DNA of 42,931 nt from a virus (IMGVR_UViG_2541047844_000013:1-42931), one strand, 5' to 3'; numbered from the stretch's first letter, positions 31,075-39,726 are shown. Notes: generated by a model from the letters alone, not told the origin. Numbers and translations are program-made.

Positions 31075-31275
31075 CTATTTGTTTTTCTTGTTGCTTGGGA
31101 AAGGACGAACTTCCTCTCCAATCACACTGCCATCAGGCTTTACCGTAACCATGATGTTACGGCCTGCCAGAATGGCCTTGCTGATAGCGCACTGGATTAC
31201 ACCAAAGTCACTGGCTGCTTTAGCCTGTCCATGGATTTTGGCGTAATCGGCAAGTGTCATTCGAATCATATGCAC
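31075..31275 (-). CDS. cro: Cro repressor
   Basis: [62 protein letters not shown] parallels lambda Cro. Confidence 0.85.
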   Translation of the reverse strand: MHMIRMTLADYAKIHGQAKAASDFGVIQCAISKAILAGRNIMVTVKPDGSVIGEEVRPFPSNKKNK

Positions 31276-31299
31276 TCTCCGTTATTAACCATGAACAAA

Positions 31300-31365
31300 G
31301 AATACTACAGGTATTCAAAGCAATCAATACTCAGGGTATTTTTAGTTTAAGTACCTTAGCTATTA
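31300..31365. promoter_or_regulatory. OR operator region (three sites of form AATAC-N5-GTATT) with divergent pR and pRM
   Basis: GAATACtacagGTATTC (31300-31316), AATACtcaggGTATT (31326-31340) and weaker AGTACcttagCTATT (31350-31364); centre-to-centre spacing 24-25 bp; between cro and cI. Confidence 0.6.
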
Positions 31366-31375
31366 GAATTAAGCT

Positions 31376-32092
31376 ATGGAAAATAAAAAATCACTGACGA
31401 CAGAACAGCTGGAAGACGCTAAGCGGCTTAAGGCTTTGTATGAGTCAAAAAAGAAAGAATTGGGAATAACCCAATACTCAATCGCTGATGAACTGGGTAT
31501 CACCCAAGGAGCGGTAGGGCATTATCTTAATGGCAGAAATGCGCTAAACGTTGAGGTTGCATCTGGTTTTGCACGATTGTTGCAAGTCTCAATTGCTGAT
31601 TTTAGCCAGTCAATTGCTGCCAAGGTTGCAGAACAGGCAGAAAGCCTTAAGAGCGATGCCAACGTAAGGTATGCAGGGGAATACAGAGCAGGAAAGAGGT
31701 ATCCGGTGTTAAGCAGTATCCAGGCTGGCTCGTGGTGTGAAGCATGCGAACCATACACCATTAAAGACATAGATGTTTGGCTTGAGTCTGACGCGCATAT
31801 TCAAGGTAATGCGTTCTGGCTTAAAGTGGAAGGTGATTCAATGACGGCACCGGTTGGGTTAAGCATTCCAGAGGGAACATTCGTTCTTTTCGATACCGGA
31901 AGGGAGGCGATCAACGGCAGCTTGGTCATAGCAAAACTTTCTGACTCTAACGAAGCAACATTCAAGAAGCTGATAATCGACGGCGGAAATAAATACCTCA
32001 AGGGACTTAATCCTGCATGGCCTCTCGTGCCAATCAATGGAAACTGCAAGATTATAGGCGTTGCAATTGAGACAAAACTCAGACTGGTTTGA
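31376..32092 (+). CDS. cI: CI repressor (HTH plus LexA-like S24 autopeptidase domain)
   Basis: 238 aa; N-terminus (TTEQLEDAKRLKALYESKKKELGITQYSIADELGITQGAVGHYLNGRNALN) parallels lambda CI; C-terminal FWLKVEGDSMTAP... cleavage-domain pattern. Confidence 0.88.
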   Translation: MENKKSLTTEQLEDAKRLKALYESKKKELGITQYSIADELGITQGAVGHYLNGRNALNVEVASGFARLLQVSIADFSQSIAAKVAEQAESLKSDANVRYAGEYRAGKRYPVLSSIQAGSWCEACEPYTIKDIDVWLESDAHIQGNAFWLKVEGDSMTAPVGLSIPEGTFVLFDTGREAINGSLVIAKLSDSNEATFKKLIIDGGNKYLKGLNPAWPLVPINGNCKIIGVAIETKLRLV

Positions 32093-32110
32093 TCACGCAA
32101 GGGGGCGCTT

Positions 32111-32479
32111 ATGGTTGGAACCGCTATAGCAAGCTTTTTGGGGATGTTGGCAATCTCAACAATTTACGGCTTAGCGCATGCTTTTATTGCGAAATCTCTA
32201 TCAGAAAAAATAAGCCAGGCTTGGGCGCATAGATCAGCTCGTTTCATGATTCTAGTGATCATAGCAATACAAGGGATATCTGCATTTATCCTCTATGGAT
32301 CAAGCTTATACCTATTGTATCAAGGCGCGACATTTACGCCTTACACCAGTGATTACGGAACCCTATACGATGGTAGTGAAGACATCTCTATGGCTTGGAT
32401 CGTCTTTGGTTTATCTATGGCCGTGTCTGTTGTAGCAGACATCATTAAGGTAATTCTCGTCTTAACCTTCGCTGACTAA
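32111..32479 (+). CDS. Membrane protein co-oriented with and immediately downstream of cI (rex-position accessory gene), unknown function
   Basis: 122 aa, about 4 predicted TM helices; starts 19 nt after the cI stop; no family recognised. Confidence 0.5.
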   Translation: MVGTAIASFLGMLAISTIYGLAHAFIAKSLSEKISQAWAHRSARFMILVIIAIQGISAFILYGSSLYLLYQGATFTPYTSDYGTLYDGSEDISMAWIVFGLSMAVSVVADIIKVILVLTFAD

Positions 32480-32610
32480 CCCATAATCCCGGCAGCAATA
32501 GCTATCGGGATCCACTTCACATATCCCGCATAAAAAGCACTGAACAAGCAGACACCGAAAAAAATAAATATCCTTTGTATTCATTTATTTATCATTATTT
32601 CATCAAAAAT

Positions 32611-32650
32611 AAATACCTTGGGTATTTACACAATAAAATACCTACAGTAT
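32611..32650. promoter_or_regulatory. OL operator region (two AATAC-N5-GTATT sites) with pL
   Basis: AATACcttggGTATT (32611-32625) and AATACctacaGTATT (32636-32650); same half-sites as OR. Confidence 0.55.
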
Positions 32651-32698
32651 TCTTTAGCCATCAGCAGGACGCTGGAAGCCAAACGGAAAAGATTGGCA

Positions 32699-32739
32699 GG
32701 CTCTTTAACATTGATGGGATTGTCCCGCCGAAATGCGGG
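32699..32739 (+). promoter_or_regulatory. nutL (boxA GCUCUUUAACA, boxB UCCCGC-CGAAAU-GCGGGA)
   Basis: boxA at 32699-32709 and boxB at 32722-32739, upstream of N. Confidence 0.65.
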
Positions 32740-32847
32740 AACCAAAGAGTAGTTGGCTTTGGGGTGGCGTGAAGTGCAGCTGCACGACGGCAACCGGAAG
32801 ATAAGCACCCGGCGCGTCACCGCCAAAGTCAATCATCGGAGGTCAAC

Positions 32848-33153
32848 ATGACAGTAGTCATTACATATCTGGCTGACGATAACGCCAGAAATCGCCGCAG
32901 AGCACGCAGACAGGCTCAACGTGAGCAGGCAATGCAAGAACAGCGACTGGCGCGAAAAATTGCGCTAAAGCTCTCTGGTTGCGTCAGAGCAGACAAAGCA
33001 GCATCACTCGGAAGCCTTCTCTGCAAGAAGGCAGATGAAGTCGAGCGTAAACAGAACCGTATTTACTACCGCAAGCCACGCTGTGAAATGGGTGTGACTT
33101 GCTCAGGCCGCCAGAAGCAACGCGGAAAATCAATTCCAGCTTATTACGATTGA
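32848..33153 (+). CDS. N: Antitermination protein N
   Basis: 101 aa; arginine-rich motif NARNRRRARRQAQREQ near the N-terminus; first gene after nutL; GGAGG Shine-Dalgarno. Confidence 0.75.
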   Translation: MTVVITYLADDNARNRRRARRQAQREQAMQEQRLARKIALKLSGCVRADKAASLGSLLCKKADEVERKQNRIYYRKPRCEMGVTCSGRQKQRGKSIPAYYD

Positions 33154-33161
33154 GGTGAGCC

Positions 33162-33299
33162 ATGCTCAAGAAAGTCAAACGCCGACTTTACAAAGAAGGT
33201 AGATATTCATGCCAGTTGCCAAAATGCGACACGACAAAATGGAGTGTCGATGATTGGTGTAACTGGATAGATAGATACGGAACTTGGTGGGATAAATAA
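33162..33299 (+). CDS. Small Cys/Trp-rich hypothetical protein (45 aa)
   Basis: Hand translation MLKKVKRRLYKEGRYSCQLPKCDTTKWSVDDWCNWIDRYGTWWDK; GAGGTGAG Shine-Dalgarno 5 nt upstream. Confidence 0.4.
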   Translation: MLKKVKRRLYKEGRYSCQLPKCDTTKWSVDDWCNWIDRYGTWWDK

Positions 33300-33423
33300 C
33301 AGGTAACTTAAGCGGATTTATTTTCGCAGCAAACCACTTATTTGAGGTGAGATATGGAAGAAGAATTTGAAGAGTTCGAAGAGCATCCCCAGGATGTGAT
33401 GGAACAATACCAGGACTATCCTT

Positions 33424-33624
33424 ATGACTACGACTATTGATAAAAATCAATGGTGTGGACAATTCAAGCGATGCAATGGATGCAAGCTGCAATCGGAATG
33501 CATGGTTAAGCCTGAAGAAATGTTTCCTGTAATGGAAGATGGGAAATATGTCGATAAATGGGCAATACGAACGACGGCAATGATTGCCAGAGAACTTGGT
33601 AAACAGAATAACAAGGCTGCCTGA
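33424..33624 (+). CDS. Small Cys-rich hypothetical protein (66 aa)
   Basis: Track ORF; CxxxxxxCxxC pattern; early-left operon orientation. Confidence 0.4.
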   Translation: MTTTIDKNQWCGQFKRCNGCKLQSECMVKPEEMFPVMEDGKYVDKWAIRTTAMIARELGKQNNKAA

Positions 33625-33663
33625 TGGTGGCCTTTATTTTTGGCACTAACAACAGAGGCTAAC

Positions 33664-33954
33664 ATGGAATTTAAAGGTACTGAAGGTAAGTGGGAAATAA
33701 TAATGGATGGCGATGAGATTAAAATCATCCAGGCAGACTCACTTGAAAATGGCGCAGGCTGGCGTTCGTATATTGCAATCTGTGAGGAAGTTCAATGTAT
33801 TGAAGATGCCAATCTAATAGCGGCAGCACCTGACCTTTTAAATGCCCTGAAAGCGATGCTAAACAAGGCATACAAGCAAAACTGGAATGACCATTATCCT
33901 GATGAAGTATCGAAAGCACAGTCAGCAATTAGCAAAGCTCTTGGGGAAGAATGA
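33664..33954 (+). CDS. Hypothetical early protein
   Basis: Start set at MEFKGTEGKW with AGAGG Shine-Dalgarno; the track ORF begins 24 nt upstream. Confidence 0.45.
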   Translation: MEFKGTEGKWEIIMDGDEIKIIQADSLENGAGWRSYIAICEEVQCIEDANLIAAAPDLLNALKAMLNKAYKQNWNDHYPDEVSKAQSAISKALGEE

Positions 33955-34112
33955 TGAATAAGAAATACATTGTTGAAGTTATAGAGCGAGAAACGAAAGA
34001 AGTAATTAAACATTTCGAATTTGATAATTATAGAAAAGCTGACCGCGTCGAAGAAGGATTGTTGCGACAAAGTAATCTCGAAAAATTTGATGTTGTCATG
34101 CGATGCGAATAA
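33951..34112 (+). CDS. Hypothetical small protein (53 aa)
   Basis: Hand translation MMNKKYIVEVIERETKEVIKHFEFDNYRKADRVEEGLLRQSNLEKFDVVMRCE; start overlaps the upstream stop (ATGATGA). Confidence 0.4.
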   Translation: MMNKKYIVEVIERETKEVIKHFEFDNYRKADRVEEGLLRQSNLEKFDVVMRCE

Positions 34113-34205
34113 GCGCCTATAGCAGATTTACGAGTCTGCTATGTGAGCAATGTCGCTCGTAACTAAACAGGAGCCGACTTGTTCTGATTATTGGAAATCT
34201 TCTTT

Positions 34206-34231
34206 GCCCTCCAGTGTGAGGGCGATTTTTT
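34206..34231 (+). terminator. Internal rho-independent terminator within the pL operon (tL-like)
   Basis: Hairpin GCCCTC-CAGTGT-GAGGGC followed by GATTTTTT. Confidence 0.6.
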
Positions 34232-34251
34232 ATCTATGAGGATATGAATAG

Positions 34252-34620
34252 ATGTCAAACATCAAAAAATACATCATTGATTACGACTGGAAAGCATCAA
34301 TAGAAATTGAAATCGACCATGACGTAATGACAGAGGAAAAACTTCACCAGATTAATAATTTCTGGTCAGACTCTAAATACCGACTCAATAAACACGGCGC
34401 TGTATTAAATGCTGTATTAATCATGCTGGCGCAACATGCTCTGCTTATAGCAATTTCGAAAGACTTAAATGCATATGGTGTTGTTTGTGAGTTCGACTGG
34501 GATGATGGAAATGGTCAGGAAGGATGGCCTCCAATGGATGGTAGCGAAGGAATAAGAATTACCGATATCGACACATCAGGAATATTTGATTCAGATGATA
34601 TGACTATCAAAGCCGCCTGA
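34252..34620 (+). CDS. Hypothetical early protein
   Basis: 122-aa ORF with GAGGA Shine-Dalgarno; no family recognised. Confidence 0.5.
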   Translation: MSNIKKYIIDYDWKASIEIEIDHDVMTEEKLHQINNFWSDSKYRLNKHGAVLNAVLIMLAQHALLIAISKDLNAYGVVCEFDWDDGNGQEGWPPMDGSEGIRITDIDTSGIFDSDDMTIKAA

Positions 34621-34654
34621 GAGCGTTTTTAAAGAATACAACGAAGGAGGATAT

Positions 34655-35623
34655 ATGAGTGAAGTAACAGATTTAGTTGTTATTGAAAAAGCAAATGCAA
34701 TGACTGTATTTCAGTCTGCCGACCAGATTGAAGAAATCCTTCAAAAGGTTGAACGTGAAGTTATGTCCTTTGTGCCTGATATCACAACGGCAAAGGGCAG
34801 AAAGGAGATCGCTTCTCTGGCGTATAAAGTTGCGCAGACGAAAACATATCTCGATGGTCTTGGCAAAGACCTTGTTGCTGAACTGAAGGAAATTCCAAAG
34901 CTAATTGATGCCAACCGCAAGACAGTGCGTGATCGCCTTGATGAACTGAAAGTCAAGGCACGCCAGCCTCTTACTGATTATGAGGAGGAGCAGTCACGGA
35001 TTAAAGCCGAAGAAGAAGCTAAGGCAGCAGCTGAAGCTCTCGCAAAGCAAATTGAGTCTGACCATGAAATAGCTATTTTGATGGATCGCGAATTTGACCG
35101 CAAAAGAGAAGAGGTAAGACTCAAAGCGGAGCAGGAAAAGCGAGAGCATGAAGAACGCTTAAAAAGAGAAGCTGAAGAGAAAGCCAGAGCTGAAGCCGAA
35201 GCAAAGGCAAAAGCCGAAATTGAAGCAGCAGCAAGGCGAGAAGCAGAAGCTAAGGCCGCAGCGGAACGTGCAGAGCGTGAACGCATTGAAGCCGAGCAAC
35301 GAGCACAGCGCGAAGCAAAAGAGGCAGCAGAACGAGCTGAAAGAGAAAAGCAGGCGGCAATTGAAGCAGAACGCCGAAAAGCACAGGAGGAGGCTGAACG
35401 AATCCGGCGCGAGGCTGAAGCAAAAGAGCAAGCCAGAATAGCAGAAGAAAAAAGAATCAAGGACGAAGAAGAGCGTAGAGCAAAGGATAAAGCTCACCGG
35501 AAAGAAGTAAATAACAAAATACTTGCTGACCTTATCAAGGTTGGCGCATCAGAAGATGTTGCTAAAAATATCATAACAGCCATCGTAAAAGGCGAAGTAT
35601 TCGCAACAAAAATAACCTACTAA
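34655..35623 (+). CDS. Coiled-coil protein with a long Ala/Glu/Lys/Arg-rich low-complexity central region
   Basis: 322 aa; AGGAGG Shine-Dalgarno; about 150 aa of EAKA/AERAERE-type repeats between globular N- and C-terminal segments. Confidence 0.6.
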   Translation: MSEVTDLVVIEKANAMTVFQSADQIEEILQKVEREVMSFVPDITTAKGRKEIASLAYKVAQTKTYLDGLGKDLVAELKEIPKLIDANRKTVRDRLDELKVKARQPLTDYEEEQSRIKAEEEAKAAAEALAKQIESDHEIAILMDREFDRKREEVRLKAEQEKREHEERLKREAEEKARAEAEAKAKAEIEAAARREAEAKAAAERAERERIEAEQRAQREAKEAAERAEREKQAAIEAERRKAQEEAERIRREAEAKEQARIAEEKRIKDEEERRAKDKAHRKEVNNKILADLIKVGASEDVAKNIITAIVKGEVFATKITY

Positions 35624-35647
35624 TAAAACCAACATAAGGAACCACCC

Positions 35648-35794
35648 ATGATTTACGCAATCGCGGGAGGCGCTCGCATGGGTGCCTTCCAATTAAATGA
35701 ATCTTTACTTGAACGAATCACCCGTAAATTACGTGACGGATGGAAACGCCTTATCGACATACTTAATCAGCCAGGAGTCCCCAAAAATGGATAA
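35648..35794 (+). CDS. cIII: CIII (FtsH/HflB inhibitor)
   Basis: Hand translation MIYAIAGGARMGAFQLNESLLERITRKLRDGWKRLIDILNQPGVPKNG; core matches lambda CIII (ESLLERITRKLRDGWKRLIDILNQPGVPKNG); below the track cutoff. Confidence 0.75.
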   Translation: MIYAIAGGARMGAFQLNESLLERITRKLRDGWKRLIDILNQPGVPKNG

Positions 35795-35900
35795 AACACT
35801 TATGGCTATCCAGACTAAATTCACTATCGCCGCTTTTATTGGCGATGAAAAGATGTTTCGTGAGGCCGTCGAAGCCTACAGAAAATGGAGGTCAAAATGA
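35787..35900 (+). CDS. kil: Kil-like host cell-division inhibitor
   Basis: MDKTLMAIQTKFTIAAFIGDEKMFREAVEAYRKW... resembles the lambda Kil N-terminus from memory; AGGAG Shine-Dalgarno; start overlaps the cIII stop. Confidence 0.6.
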   Translation: MDKTLMAIQTKFTIAAFIGDEKMFREAVEAYRKWRSK

Positions 35901-36085
35901 TTCCGGTAGAACTGGCGAAAACTCCAGAGTTAAGTCGATTAAAAAGAGAATATCACATTGCTGAGGCTCGTTACTGGCGTAAAGCGGGAGATAAATCAAA
36001 GAAACAACTTTGCTTATGGCAGGCACAAAGAGAGCGCATGAATGAGCGTGAGTTTCTTTCCTCCCCATCCGAATTACCATTCTGA
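35897..36085 (+). CDS. Hypothetical small protein
   Basis: Start at MIPVELAK (ATGA overlap with the kil stop; GGAGG Shine-Dalgarno). Confidence 0.4.
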   Translation: MIPVELAKTPELSRLKREYHIAEARYWRKAGDKSKKQLCLWQAQRERMNEREFLSSPSELPF

Positions 36086-36093
36086 GGCAAATT

Positions 36094-36774
36094 ATGGGAA
36101 CTGCGACATTAATACTCGGTGAATCTGGCACCGGAAAATCAACCAGCATGAGAAATATCAATCCAGAGGAAGCAATACTTATAAAACCAATAGGCAAGCC
36201 GCTTCCATTTAAATCAAAAGACTGGCTGGCATGGGATGCCAGAGCAAAAAAAGGAACCGTAGTTACCACTGACAAATGGGACGTAATAGTTGCCGTAATT
36301 AAGCGTGCTCACGAATACGGGAAAAGAATCGTTATTGTTGATGACTTCCAGTATGTGATGAGCAATGAGTTTATGCGCCGCTCAGAAGAAAAATCGTTTG
36401 ATAAATTCACTGAGATAGGCCGCCACGCATGGGAGGTGATTAAGGCTGCACAGGATGCACCTGATGACCTGAGAGTCTATTTTCTTGCGCACACCGAAGA
36501 AACCCCTATGGGGCGTGTGAAAATGAAGACTATCGGCAAAATGCTGGACGAGAAAATCACTGTCGAAGGCATGTTTACTATAGTTCTTCGCACCCTTACC
36601 CGCGATGACCAGTTCTTTTTCACCACGAAAAACAACGGTGCAGACACTGTTAAATCCCCAATGGGAATGTTTGATTCTAATGAGATTGATAACGATCTCT
36701 CTTTCGTCGATGCCACTGTTTGTGATTACTACGGCATCAATAATGTTCATCAAATTAAGGAAAACGCCGCATGA
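36094..36774 (+). CDS. Sak4-type RecA-like core ATPase (single-strand annealing recombinase)
   Basis: 226 aa; Walker A GESGTGKST at the N-terminus and a Walker B-like IVIVDD; size and position typical of Sak4. Confidence 0.7.
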   Translation: MGTATLILGESGTGKSTSMRNINPEEAILIKPIGKPLPFKSKDWLAWDARAKKGTVVTTDKWDVIVAVIKRAHEYGKRIVIVDDFQYVMSNEFMRRSEEKSFDKFTEIGRHAWEVIKAAQDAPDDLRVYFLAHTEETPMGRVKMKTIGKMLDEKITVEGMFTIVLRTLTRDDQFFFTTKNNGADTVKSPMGMFDSNEIDNDLSFVDATVCDYYGINNVHQIKENAA

Positions 36775-37358
36775 GCAACGTGATTTTTACTTATAACGAA
36801 GAAGCAGCACTGACCGCAGGGCAAGGTGGTTTTATTAACGAAACTGGTGCTCATATCATTACCATTACTGAAGCAGAACTAAAGCAATCAGAAAAAGGAG
36901 CCAAATTTATTGAGTTTTCTGGCGAATCTGACGACGGACGTAAAATCCAATATCTTAGCGTCTGTGTTCAGAAAAATGACGGAACGGAAAACAAATTTGG
37001 CGCAAATGTCGTTCACGCCATGATGGGGTGTGCCGGGATTGGACAATTAACGCAACATATGGTTTCCGCCAGTAAATTTGTTGCTCCTGAGTTTCATGGA
37101 AAGAAAATCGGGTTAGTGCTCCAGAAAGTATTAACCACAAACAAAAAGACTGGCGCAGACAGCTACCAGATGGAAATACGCATCCCGTTTATTGCACAAA
37201 CAGGTCAAACCCTTAAAGAAAAGGCGGAAGGCAAGCAACCAGAAACTATCGCCAACATGGTTGCCAGCCTCAAAGATAAAGACAATCGCTCTAAAAACGT
37301 AAGCCAGAATCATGCAGATGATTATGGTTACAGCCAGAACGATTACCCTCCTTTCTGA
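36771..37358 (+). CDS. Sak4-associated single-stranded DNA-binding protein (DUF669-like)
   Basis: 195 aa; start overlaps the Sak4 stop; acidic/aromatic C-terminal tail ending DDYGYSQNDYPPF, reminiscent of SSB tails. Confidence 0.55.
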   Translation: MSNVIFTYNEEAALTAGQGGFINETGAHIITITEAELKQSEKGAKFIEFSGESDDGRKIQYLSVCVQKNDGTENKFGANVVHAMMGCAGIGQLTQHMVSASKFVAPEFHGKKIGLVLQKVLTTNKKTGADSYQMEIRIPFIAQTGQTLKEKAEGKQPETIANMVASLKDKDNRSKNVSQNHADDYGYSQNDYPPF

Positions 37359-37381
37359 TTATTGAAAATAAGGCTCCCATT

Positions 37382-37678
37382 ATGCCAGCGCCTCTGTATG
37401 GTGCGGATGACCCGCGCCGCTGTTCCGGCAATTCCGTATCGGAGGTGCTGGATAAATTCAGGAAAAACTACGACCGGATAATGTCGCTACCGCAGGAAAC
37501 AAAAGAGGAAAAGGAATTTCGCCACTGCGTATGGCTTGCAGAGAAAGAAGAACGCGAGCGAATTTACCAGACATCAATCCGACCATTCCGCAAAGCCACA
37601 TATACCCACTTCCCTGAATATATCGACCCGCGCCTGCGTAATTACCGCTCACGCTATGGCGCTATCAGTAATGACTGA
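37382..37678 (+). CDS. Hypothetical early protein
   Basis: 98-aa track ORF; no family recognised. Confidence 0.45.
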   Translation: MPAPLYGADDPRRCSGNSVSEVLDKFRKNYDRIMSLPQETKEEKEFRHCVWLAEKEERERIYQTSIRPFRKATYTHFPEYIDPRLRNYRSRYGAISND

Positions 37679-37688
37679 GGAATTTACC

Positions 37689-37856
37689 ATGAGAGGACTT
37701 GCATACAATCCCGGCATTCTTCCGGCAGAAATGATTATTCGCCAACGCGTAAAGCCAATGCCATCGAGAGAGGAATTGCTTAAGAGAAATTCTTTTCCGT
37801 CAGTGAATGAAAACAAATATCTGAATGCGATGTGGCGCAAAGGAGGCAGCCAGTGA
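37689..37856 (+). CDS. Hypothetical small protein (55 aa)
   Basis: Start at MRGLAYNPG with GAGGA Shine-Dalgarno; the longer track ORF overlaps the upstream gene. Confidence 0.4.
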   Translation: MRGLAYNPGILPAEMIIRQRVKPMPSREELLKRNSFPSVNENKYLNAMWRKGGSQ

Positions 37857-38497
37857 CTAACCGTTTTTACATGATGTGCTCGCGTGAAACTGTGGGCAAT
37901 AACGCTTCATTCCATTGCCATAACGGCAATGGTTACAGTTCTGATATCGATCGCGCTCATGTTTACACGCTGGAAGAAGCCCAAAAAGCCTGGAATTGTG
38001 GGCGAGATATCGATCAGCCTGTTTGCGCTGATAGCGTGGATGCAATGGCAGTGTGGCATGTTGATTGCCAGTACATCCCTACAGAAAGCCTGATTGAGTC
38101 AGATTGCACTGCGTATGTGGCCTACAAAAAAGGTAGCTGGAACGGCAACGATGTTTACTGGCTTCAACACGGTGGATTGCCAACAGATGACTTCAGTAAA
38201 GCGACCATCTTTAGCGTCGCCAACAAAAACGAACCAGGAATAGTTTGGTTGCCATTTTCCATTGCTGATGCAGCAAAGCGCAGGACGTTCAATATCAATA
38301 ACTTTAACCGCAGAACAATGGTTCAGGGCGCAGGTTTGGTCATGCCTGACTGGTTGAAAGAGCAGAACAGAAGAAAGAAGTCGCGAAGCGGGAAGGTGCG
38401 TTGGAATTGTCCGCATTGCGGAAAAATCTCCTGGCAGTACAGCCCATATGATTTTGAAGGCTGTAGTGATTACAACTGTGAAGGATGGCGAGAATGA
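37853..38497 (+). CDS. Hypothetical protein with C-terminal zinc-ribbon (CPHCG...C..C)
   Basis: GTG start at 37853 preceded by AGGAGG; alternative starts at 37832 or 37871. Confidence 0.5.
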   Translation: MTNRFYMMCSRETVGNNASFHCHNGNGYSSDIDRAHVYTLEEAQKAWNCGRDIDQPVCADSVDAMAVWHVDCQYIPTESLIESDCTAYVAYKKGSWNGNDVYWLQHGGLPTDDFSKATIFSVANKNEPGIVWLPFSIADAAKRRTFNINNFNRRTMVQGAGLVMPDWLKEQNRRKKSRSGKVRWNCPHCGKISWQYSPYDFEGCSDYNCEGWRE

Positions 38498-39042
38498 CAA
38501 TTGACTATCAGGCACTGCGTGATGCGGCAGTTGCAGTAGAAACAGAACCTATGCATCAAAATTTTGTGGCGTTTCGTATGGCGTTCACGCCATCGGTGGC
38601 ACTGGCACTACTGGATGAAATTAAGCGGCTGGAAGACACAAATATTGATGCTATGTGCCGTATTGCAGAGCTTGAGACTAATCTCGCGGCGCTGGTGGCA
38701 GAGAACGCCGGACTGAAACACGCAATGGCCGTAACTCTTGAGCATGTGTCGGTCACGGATGCAGGGCAGGCTGGTGTTGCTGCAATGATTATCAACGATG
38801 CCCTACACCACAGCGAAACTCCAGCTACCGATGCTTTCCTGTCTGAAGTGCGGGCGCAGGGGGTGGATGCTGCTATAGAAGCTGCAAAAAATCTGGTGGC
38901 CCAAGAATATGAGTATAAGGATTTCAAAGCGGCGCAGAGTGATTGCTGTATGCACCCTGGTTCAGACCTGGTAGGGAAGGTTGAAATGACTGAGTGGTTA
39001 GTTGACTTTGCTGCCCAGCTTCGCAAAGGAGGCAACCAGTGA
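38485..39042 (+). CDS. Ead/Ea22-like protein (paralogue 1)
   Basis: 185 aa; N-terminus [14 protein letters not shown]... is paralogous to the next gene; coiled-coil. Confidence 0.55.
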   Translation: MARMTIDYQALRDAAVAVETEPMHQNFVAFRMAFTPSVALALLDEIKRLEDTNIDAMCRIAELETNLAALVAENAGLKHAMAVTLEHVSVTDAGQAGVAAMIINDALHHSETPATDAFLSEVRAQGVDAAIEAAKNLVAQEYEYKDFKAAQSDCCMHPGSDLVGKVEMTEWLVDFAAQLRKGGNQ

Positions 39043-39725
39043 GCGAAATTAATTACCAGGCACTGCGTGAGGCGGCGGAACGTGCAATTCCAGCAATGGA
39101 ACGCCTGTTAATGTTGCCAGCTGATGATGATTTGTTAAGTGAACAGGAACTTAAAGATTACGGTGTGGATATTGATGCGCTCAACGCCTTCAAATTTCTG
39201 ACCGGACCAGAAACCGTGCTGGCACTACTGGATGAACGGGAAAGAAACCAGCAATACATCAAACTCCGCGACCAGGAGAACGAGGATATTGCGCTTACTG
39301 TTGGGAGGCTGCGCGTTGAGCTAGAAGGCAAAGACAGCAAAATGGCCAATCTTACCGCCGAACGCGATGCTCTTCGTGAAGGTGAGATGGGCGACGCTAG
39401 GCATAGCAACACACGGGCCGCAGCTGATATCTACTTCCAACTGGTCGAGGAGTGCGAAATTCCTGCTGGCGGATCTCTGGTCGAGTACGTTGACGATATG
39501 CGCGAGAAGCTGGAAGCCGCAGAGAAGCGCATTGCAGAGTTAGAAAGTGGTTCTCAGGCACAAAAGTTAGTTGAAGCAATCATTGTTGCGATAGAAAACG
39601 AACAGGAAAGGCTTTTTGATGAAGATTACCTAATGGATTCGAAAGAATGCATTGACGTAATTCGTGAAGAAGTAAAGCGATGGAATGATTCCCGTGCCGC
39701 TGGCATTCGCATCAAAGGAGAGTGA
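39039..39725 (+). CDS. Ead/Ea22-like protein (paralogue 2)
   Basis: 228 aa; N-terminus MSEINYQALREAAERA... and a shared LALLDE motif. Confidence 0.55.
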   Translation: MSEINYQALREAAERAIPAMERLLMLPADDDLLSEQELKDYGVDIDALNAFKFLTGPETVLALLDERERNQQYIKLRDQENEDIALTVGRLRVELEGKDSKMANLTAERDALREGEMGDARHSNTRAAADIYFQLVEECEIPAGGSLVEYVDDMREKLEAAEKRIAELESGSQAQKLVEAIIVAIENEQERLFDEDYLMDSKECIDVIREEVKRWNDSRAAGIRIKGE

Positions 39726-39726
39726 T

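Noticed and set aside
34978-35497. Long minus-strand ORFs (160 and 112 aa) antisense to the coiled-coil gene
   Set aside because: They lie entirely within the low-complexity repeat of the plus-strand gene, their translations are Ser/Ala/Cys/Phe homopolymer-like, and they have no ribosome-binding site context; reading-frame artefacts.
35697-35900. 67-aa track ORF spanning the cIII-kil region
   Set aside because: Better explained as two translationally coupled genes, cIII (35648-35794) and kil (35787-35900), each with its own Shine-Dalgarno and recognisable sequence.
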